From positions 4,951 to 68,950 of the forward strand of contig DAMU01000077.1 in assembly GCA_002499705.1 (NCBI GenBank): DNA of 64,000 nt, in the 5' to 3' direction. The DNA is from Euryarchaeota archaeon UBA91 (lineage in GTDB: Archaea; Thermoplasmatota; Poseidoniia; Poseidoniales; Poseidoniaceae). Of the stretch, positions 58,836 to 64,000 are shown one piece after another. Position 1 is the stretch's first letter. Every line of letters starts with the position of its first letter. The notes beneath the pieces were generated by a model. That model saw only the letters and a program-made list of their open reading frames with translations. It was not told the DNA's origin and made no database searches. Position numbers and translations under genes: made by a program.

Positions 58836-58925
58836 GCTTCCGCCTCTTTTCTTCTACTTTCAAACCGCTTTCTTTGCAATGAAACAAGCGATGCAATCAA
58901 AGAGCAGTTCACTCCACAGCGTTTC

Positions 58926-59948
58926 ATGACATCTGCTCGGCGTTTTCGCTGTTGTCTGGTTGGAGGTACCTTCGACCGGCTTCATGCAGGACACCGATTG
59001 CTGCTCAATGCAGCATGTAAAAATGCAGATTCTGTCGAAATTCACATCACTTCTGACGCAATGGCTGATGGAAAATCTCCATTTGTACAATCTTTTGACG
59101 ACCGTATGGATAAATTACACGATTGGTCGGCAAAGAATACTGATTGCAAAATTTCCGTTCACCAACTCAATGATGTCCATGGTCCTGCGCCTCATCACCC
59201 AAAGGCAGATGCAATTGTAGCAACGCCTGAAACGATTGGCATGTGCCACTCGATAAATGAAGAACGTTTGAAAAATGGATTATCTGAACTTCATATCATC
59301 GAGGTAATGCATCTTGACGGAGTTGAAGGAGGAATCATCAGTTCCTCTGCGATTCGAAACGGACACATGGATCAAGAAGGCCACCCCTGGATGTCGAAGA
59401 AATTACGAAACAGTTTCTTGAAGATGGCATCTGCTCTTGATGAAGAACTCAAGACCCCGATGGGGTCATTGTTTGAGGGGCCTGAAAATGACCCTGAGAT
59501 CGGAATGGCTGCGGCATTGGATGGACTGCCATCTCCACATGGCGCAATTATTACTGTAGGTGATGTCACGACCAAAACCATGCTCGACATGGGGCTCACA
59601 CCTGATATTGCGCTCATAGATGGATTCACAAAAAGAAATGAACTTGATGATGATTTGAAAGTGAATACAAGCCAATTCCATCACCATCTTCATGCAGAAA
59701 ATCCTGCAGGGCATTTGACACCATCACTCAACGAAGCCATTTCCAAAGCTTTGCTTGCAGAAGAAACATTGGTGCTGGAAGTCGATGGTGAGGAAGATTT
59801 GGCTCCACTTGTCATCCACTGCCTCGCTCCTATCGGGACACTGGTCTTGTATGGTCAACCAAAAAAAGGAGTGGTTGTCCAGTACACTTCGCTTGAAGTA
59901 AAACAACGTTGCCGATATCTTCTTTCCCTCTTTGAAGTGATAGAATGA
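58926..59948 (+). CDS. coaD: Archaeal phosphopantetheine adenylyltransferase fused to DUF359 GTP-dependent dephospho-CoA kinase
   Basis: VGGTFDRLHAGH, IVATPET, INEER..NGL, ISSSAIR; then LKTPMG, TVGDVTT, IDGFTKR, NPAG, VDGEEDL, YGQP. Confidence 0.9.
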   Translation: MTSARRFRCCLVGGTFDRLHAGHRLLLNAACKNADSVEIHITSDAMADGKSPFVQSFDDRMDKLHDWSAKNTDCKISVHQLNDVHGPAPHHPKADAIVATPETIGMCHSINEERLKNGLSELHIIEVMHLDGVEGGIISSSAIRNGHMDQEGHPWMSKKLRNSFLKMASALDEELKTPMGSLFEGPENDPEIGMAAALDGLPSPHGAIITVGDVTTKTMLDMGLTPDIALIDGFTKRNELDDDLKVNTSQFHHHLHAENPAGHLTPSLNEAISKALLAEETLVLEVDGEEDLAPLVIHCLAPIGTLVLYGQPKKGVVVQYTSLEVKQRCRYLLSLFEVIE

Positions 59949-61072
59949 GTGAACAAAAACCGATGGTTAGCGTTACTGTTTGTGTGCGTAATGGTATAGA
60001 TTGGATTGACGAATGCCTGGAATCACTTGTTGCTCAAACCTACAGACCGTTAGAGATTATCGCAATTGATGATGGCTCAAATGACGGCTCTAAGGAACAA
60101 CTACTCAAATGGGCCGATGGTGAAGGGGATGTGCCAATCCACATATTCACTCAAGATGCAAAAGGCCTCTCTGCTGGGAGGCAACTGGCAGTAACTCAAG
60201 CGAAGGGTGAATGGATTGCTATCACAGATATTGATGTGCGGCCAGAACCTGATTGGGTCAATAACATGATACTTGAAATTGAACCAATTGATGAAGATGA
60301 AAAAGTAGTGGCCGTCACGGGCCGAACGATCTTCGAACATGGAGGCGACATTGTAAGCCGTGTTCGTTCGGTTGAAATAGAGACAAAATATCGTTCTCGA
60401 CCAAGAAGAACCAGCTTGGCTAACGGTCCTTGTTCAATGTTTAAGCGAGAGGTTCTAGTCGAAATCGGAGGATTCGACCCTCTGTGGTATCATGCTGAAG
60501 ACATGGAAGTGAGCCTTCGACTTATTGCTGAAGGAGGTTCAATAATTTACGCCCCCAACGCTGTAGTTCGTCACGTACCCGAGGTTGAATCTTCCAGGTT
60601 CCTCTCTAAACGTAGACGAGATGCCCGTGCACACATGAGGATTATTCGGCATTTTCCGAGGACAAAAAGAAAAGGCCCTGACTTAGATTTCATTGGAAGT
60701 TCAACCGTAGTTCTCACGGTATTTCCTCTTTGGGTCATGGCTCTCATTTCAGGAGTCCCCTTTGTGTTCTCATTCCTAACCCAAGAGGATTGGTCGTGGG
60801 AGATGGCCAAGTCTCGGTGGCAAACTCAACTCTTGTTAGCCACAGGTGTGTTGATGTTTCTGCATGAGTTTATTTTGTGGCGGGGGCCACTGGGTGTAGT
60901 TAACAGAGGTGCAATCAAACAAGGAAAGTGGTCACTGTTGACCATTTTCAAGGTACGAAATCTTACTTTGAGATGGAGCATTGCCTTATGGCAAGGGTTG
61001 TTTTTAGGATTCACAGATGCTTTACGTGGATTAAACGGTCATCGCAAATTATTTGGAAAGAAACTCAAATGA
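59945..61072 (+). CDS. Glycosyltransferase family 2 with C-terminal TMs
   Basis: VSVTVCVRN, IDDGSNDGS, TDID, GGFD...AEDMEVSLRL. Confidence 0.88.
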   Translation: MSEQKPMVSVTVCVRNGIDWIDECLESLVAQTYRPLEIIAIDDGSNDGSKEQLLKWADGEGDVPIHIFTQDAKGLSAGRQLAVTQAKGEWIAITDIDVRPEPDWVNNMILEIEPIDEDEKVVAVTGRTIFEHGGDIVSRVRSVEIETKYRSRPRRTSLANGPCSMFKREVLVEIGGFDPLWYHAEDMEVSLRLIAEGGSIIYAPNAVVRHVPEVESSRFLSKRRRDARAHMRIIRHFPRTKRKGPDLDFIGSSTVVLTVFPLWVMALISGVPFVFSFLTQEDWSWEMAKSRWQTQLLLATGVLMFLHEFILWRGPLGVVNRGAIKQGKWSLLTIFKVRNLTLRWSIALWQGLFLGFTDALRGLNGHRKLFGKKLK

Positions 61073-61074
61073 GT

Positions 61075-61641
61075 TCAGTCCAAGTTGTCGTCGCCTTCTG
61101 GAGCATCTGCAGCCATGAGAAGCGCAAGACCGAAGGCAATAAGGGCGATACTCATTGAATAAACGCCAATGTCAATCCAACCTGTGTAGAGAATTCCGTA
61201 GGCGAAGTAGAACAAAAATCCGAGCAGAAGTGCCCATGCGCCGAAGAGTTTACTCCAACCTCCGATTTCAGGGTCGACCAATGCAGGCCAAGTGTCATTG
61301 ACGAGTAGGCCTTTGAACCATCCGCCAATACCAGATTCATCATTACTGAATGTTCGGAAACCAATAGAGGTGATAACTGAACACAGGCCAATGAAAACAA
61401 CATCCGAAAGAACAAATTGTGGAGAATCACTCTTGATTTCAAAAGCAGCGTTCGTTGCCTCAAAAGTAAACAGACCACCCCAAGAAAGGTGATAGGTCGG
61501 ATGGATATACCCAAGAATATTCAGGATTGCAAGGAAAATTCCAAGCATACCTAGACCAGCATACCAATTTGCCATGGTCCGAGAAGGATTCAATAGCATC
61601 GAAACTACACTGTTGGAAGGGTCGCTCTCTTCTGTGCTCAT
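61075..61641 (-). CDS. Hypothetical membrane protein
   Basis: About 4 hydrophobic segments; fills the gap between GT2 and cdc6. Confidence 0.65.
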   Translation of the reverse strand: MSTEESDPSNSVVSMLLNPSRTMANWYAGLGMLGIFLAILNILGYIHPTYHLSWGGLFTFEATNAAFEIKSDSPQFVLSDVVFIGLCSVITSIGFRTFSNDESGIGGWFKGLLVNDTWPALVDPEIGGWSKLFGAWALLLGFLFYFAYGILYTGWIDIGVYSMSIALIAFGLALLMAADAPEGDDNLD

Positions 61642-61714
61642 GAACTCGCCCACCTGCCTTTTGGATATAAGAACACCGAAGATTCAAAAATACTCATTTT
61701 ATTGATTTTATCAG

Positions 61715-62956
61715 TCAAAGTCGTGTTTGGTGTCGATATGGACGGGTAAACACTTCCTCCATTTCTGATTCAGATTCGATCATGATTGTCTGAACATCTA
61801 CGTTTTGGGGGATGCATGAATTGATTTGTTTTGTACGACCGTATCTTCCTTTACTTATTGTTCGAGCAGTAATCAAACCAAGCATATCGAGATTCGATAT
61901 CAAGCCTGAAACTCTACGTTGTGTAAGTGCATTGTGTCCAATGTAACGGCATGCTTGTTGATATACATCGTAAACTTCACCGGTCTGAATATTTCGAAGC
62001 CCATTCTTTTCATTCAAAAGAACAGATGCAAGTACGAGTTTTTGTTGACTTGGCAGTGATGAAATGACTGGGATCATTTGTTCTCGTTCGATTTGGTGTT
62101 GAGCCATTCGAACATGGCGCTGAGAAACGGTTGCGTCTCCGTTTTGCTCCGCTCTCTCTGTAGAAACGCGAAGGAGGTCAAGTGCACAGCGTGCATCGCC
62201 GTGTTCTTGTGCTGCAAGAGCTGCACATAATGCGATAACGCCATCGTCAAGAATTTCTTCCTTCAGAGAACCTTCAGAACGTTGCCTCAAAATATCTTGA
62301 AGTTGTTCTGCATCGTATGGATTGAAGACAATATCCAATTGTCCAAGCCGTGAGCGAACACGGGGGTCGAGGAAATCAGTAAACTTGAGGTCGTTTGAAA
62401 TTCCGATGACGCACGTTCGTGCAGATTTAAGTGAAGCGTTGAGGCTCGTCAAATTGTATAACAAATCATCGCCTGCTTTGCGTACTAAATGGTCAATCTC
62501 ATCAAGAACCAAAATGTAAACTCCGCCTTTTTCATCCATACGGCGGACCAATTCTCCGAAGACTCGGTCAGTTGGCCAACCTGTGAAAGGGATCTCATCA
62601 ATCTCGTGTTCTTCACGCAGAGAGTTACCTAGATGGCTCAAAACTCGATATTGGGTGTCGATTTGGCGACAATTCACCATGATAGAGCGAACGCTTCGAT
62701 TCTTTTCTGCACCCTTCTCTTCCAGTTGATTACAGACGAATTTTGTTACCGCTGTTTTACCAGCACCGGTAACACCATACAACGTCATGTTTGATGGGAT
62801 TTGACCGTTCAAGGCTTCAACCAAATTGAACGCAATCGCTTCAATCTCTTTATCTCGATGAGGGAGATTTTTTGGCAAGTGATCATGGCGAAGAATTTCT
62901 TTGTTAATGAACAGGGTTTGACGAGAAAGAAAATCGTCGAAAATGTTTCTGTTCAT
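61715..62956 (-). CDS. cdc6: Orc1/Cdc6 replication initiator
   Basis: LPHRDKEI, YGVTGAGKT, VNC, VLDEID, ISND..F...LDPRVRSRL, GDARCALDLLR, GRYGRT wing. Confidence 0.96.
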   Translation of the reverse strand: MNRNIFDDFLSRQTLFINKEILRHDHLPKNLPHRDKEIEAIAFNLVEALNGQIPSNMTLYGVTGAGKTAVTKFVCNQLEEKGAEKNRSVRSIMVNCRQIDTQYRVLSHLGNSLREEHEIDEIPFTGWPTDRVFGELVRRMDEKGGVYILVLDEIDHLVRKAGDDLLYNLTSLNASLKSARTCVIGISNDLKFTDFLDPRVRSRLGQLDIVFNPYDAEQLQDILRQRSEGSLKEEILDDGVIALCAALAAQEHGDARCALDLLRVSTERAEQNGDATVSQRHVRMAQHQIEREQMIPVISSLPSQQKLVLASVLLNEKNGLRNIQTGEVYDVYQQACRYIGHNALTQRRVSGLISNLDMLGLITARTISKGRYGRTKQINSCIPQNVDVQTIMIESESEMEEVFTRPYRHQTRL

Positions 62957-63210
62957 GTCGGTTGCCTCTTTCTCAATTGCATTATCGAACTGAGCCGATA
63001 ACGGCGTTGCGCGATAATGTGCGTTAGTCCGAGTCCCCCTCATAAGTATGACCGTCGCTCTTCGATGAAGAGTAACTTTTGTTTCTGTTCGAAAAATAAA
63101 ATGGATATTATAAAGGGTCTTAATTTAAATACGTTTTTTTGTAAAAATAACATCAACTTTTGCCCCTTTCCGGTGACTTTGGAAAAAAAATTTAAGTTCA
63201 AACGAGAGAA

Positions 63211-63999
63211 TCAAAATCCCCATCCTTCTTGTCCCAGAATAATCCGAAGCCCGTCTTCAGCATGATGAACATTTTTCGGATGAGTCGGATAAACATCAGT
63301 GACTGTAGGATTCGGGTTGATACCTGGTTGGTCAACAAAAGTGTGCGTGATAATCAACGGTATTGACCCTGCTCTTTCAGCAAGAGATTGAATATCTGAT
63401 GGCTTATGATGGTGAGGAGAATCGACCCATTCAGGTAAACCCATTTCTACAATAGCCATTTGCGATGAGAGAATTTCATCGTGAAGAGTATCAACAGGAC
63501 CCGAATCACCACTATGGACGAAACTACCTTTTTTGCCAGCATCAAAGTGGTAGCCGTGAGGGTCAACTGCATCATCGTGAAGAACTCGGAAACGCTTCCA
63601 AGTTAATCCAGATGGGAGGGCACCCTCTGTTTCACATCTCCATTGAATTGTTGCAAATATTTCCTCTAGGCTTCCCGGATATGCCAGTTTACAAAGATGA
63701 AGAAGATGTTCTTTAACCCCTTCTGATGCAACAACTGTGAGTGGTTGTTGCATGCCCCGATCTGAAATATACCGTCGCTCAAGTAAAAAGAAGGGAAATC
63801 CAAAAACGTGATCTCCATGAGTGTGCGTAATGAATATTGTTTCAATATCACTCAAAGGAATCCCTGCTCTGCGGAAACTCGCCATTGCAGTGGGTGGGCA
63901 ATCGATGATGTGTTTACCATCAATCATGGCAAAAGAGTGGTACCGGCCATACGGCATGAATGCATTTCCAGTTCCAAGCATTCTCACCTCTTGCGCCAT
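63211..63999 (-). CDS. MBL-fold metallohydrolase (RNase Z-like)
   Basis: MLGTG, IDC, THTHGDH, HSGDS, THT. Confidence 0.8.
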   Translation of the reverse strand: MAQEVRMLGTGNAFMPYGRYHSFAMIDGKHIIDCPPTAMASFRRAGIPLSDIETIFITHTHGDHVFGFPFFLLERRYISDRGMQQPLTVVASEGVKEHLLHLCKLAYPGSLEEIFATIQWRCETEGALPSGLTWKRFRVLHDDAVDPHGYHFDAGKKGSFVHSGDSGPVDTLHDEILSSQMAIVEMGLPEWVDSPHHHKPSDIQSLAERAGSIPLIITHTFVDQPGINPNPTVTDVYPTHPKNVHHAEDGLRIILGQEGWGF

Positions 64000-64000
64000 G

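Noticed and set aside
58540..58864. RNase P RNA, SRP RNA, group II intron or cobalamin riboswitch as the identity of the structured intergenic RNA
   Set aside because: No GAGGAAAGUCC/P4 pairing, no SRP helix-8 motif, no complete domain V, no B12 box; the repeated K-turn hairpin plus ACA architecture explains it better
58806..58925. N-terminal extension of the PPAT-DPCK ORF given in the ORF track
   Set aside because: Overlaps H/ACA hairpin 4 and a T-rich terminator-like tract; recognisable PPAT sequence begins just after ATG 58926
135..63851. Numerous short alternative-frame and antisense ORFs in the ORF track
   Set aside because: They overlap well-supported genes and show no recognisable motifs; treated as shadow ORFs

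Overview
Gene-dense archaeal chromosomal segment. Its gene content (Alba, Bud32, Orc1/Cdc6, archaeal PPAT-DPCK, class III-signal pilins, large TSP3-repeat secreted protease, Thermoplasmata-type conserved hypotheticals) is most consistent with Marine Group II Euryarchaeota (Ca. Poseidoniales); this assignment is an inference from gene content, not a database result. It holds about 58 CDS and two tRNA-Gly genes; I saw no CRISPR array, rRNA or transposase. Most notable: (1) an unannotated ~260-nt intergenic RNA (58576-58835) built from four kink-turn hairpins, two ending in ACA, i.e. a multi-hairpin box H/ACA pseudouridylation guide, whose last pocket matches 23S rRNA helix 69; (2) a CoA-dependent aromatic ring-epoxidation cluster (BoxB-like diiron enzyme, single-domain BoxC-like crotonase, PaaG-like, aldehyde dehydrogenase, PaaH-like, EamA, Bat-type regulator); (3) a cysteine-free Mrp/NBP35 ATPase whose CxxC is replaced by an Ig-like insert, next to a Cys-rich DUF971 gene; (4) an agmatinase / AdoMetDC-like / bacterial-type DHS polyamine operon; (5) several domain fusions (GH1-nucleotidyltransferase, GNAT-aminotransferase, PPAT-DPCK); (6) a very basic orphan protein behind a uORF and a Shine-Dalgarno-sequestering leader. 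Start codons were often moved downstream of the ORF-track starts by eye and are estimates. All family calls come from recognised motifs; no searches were run.
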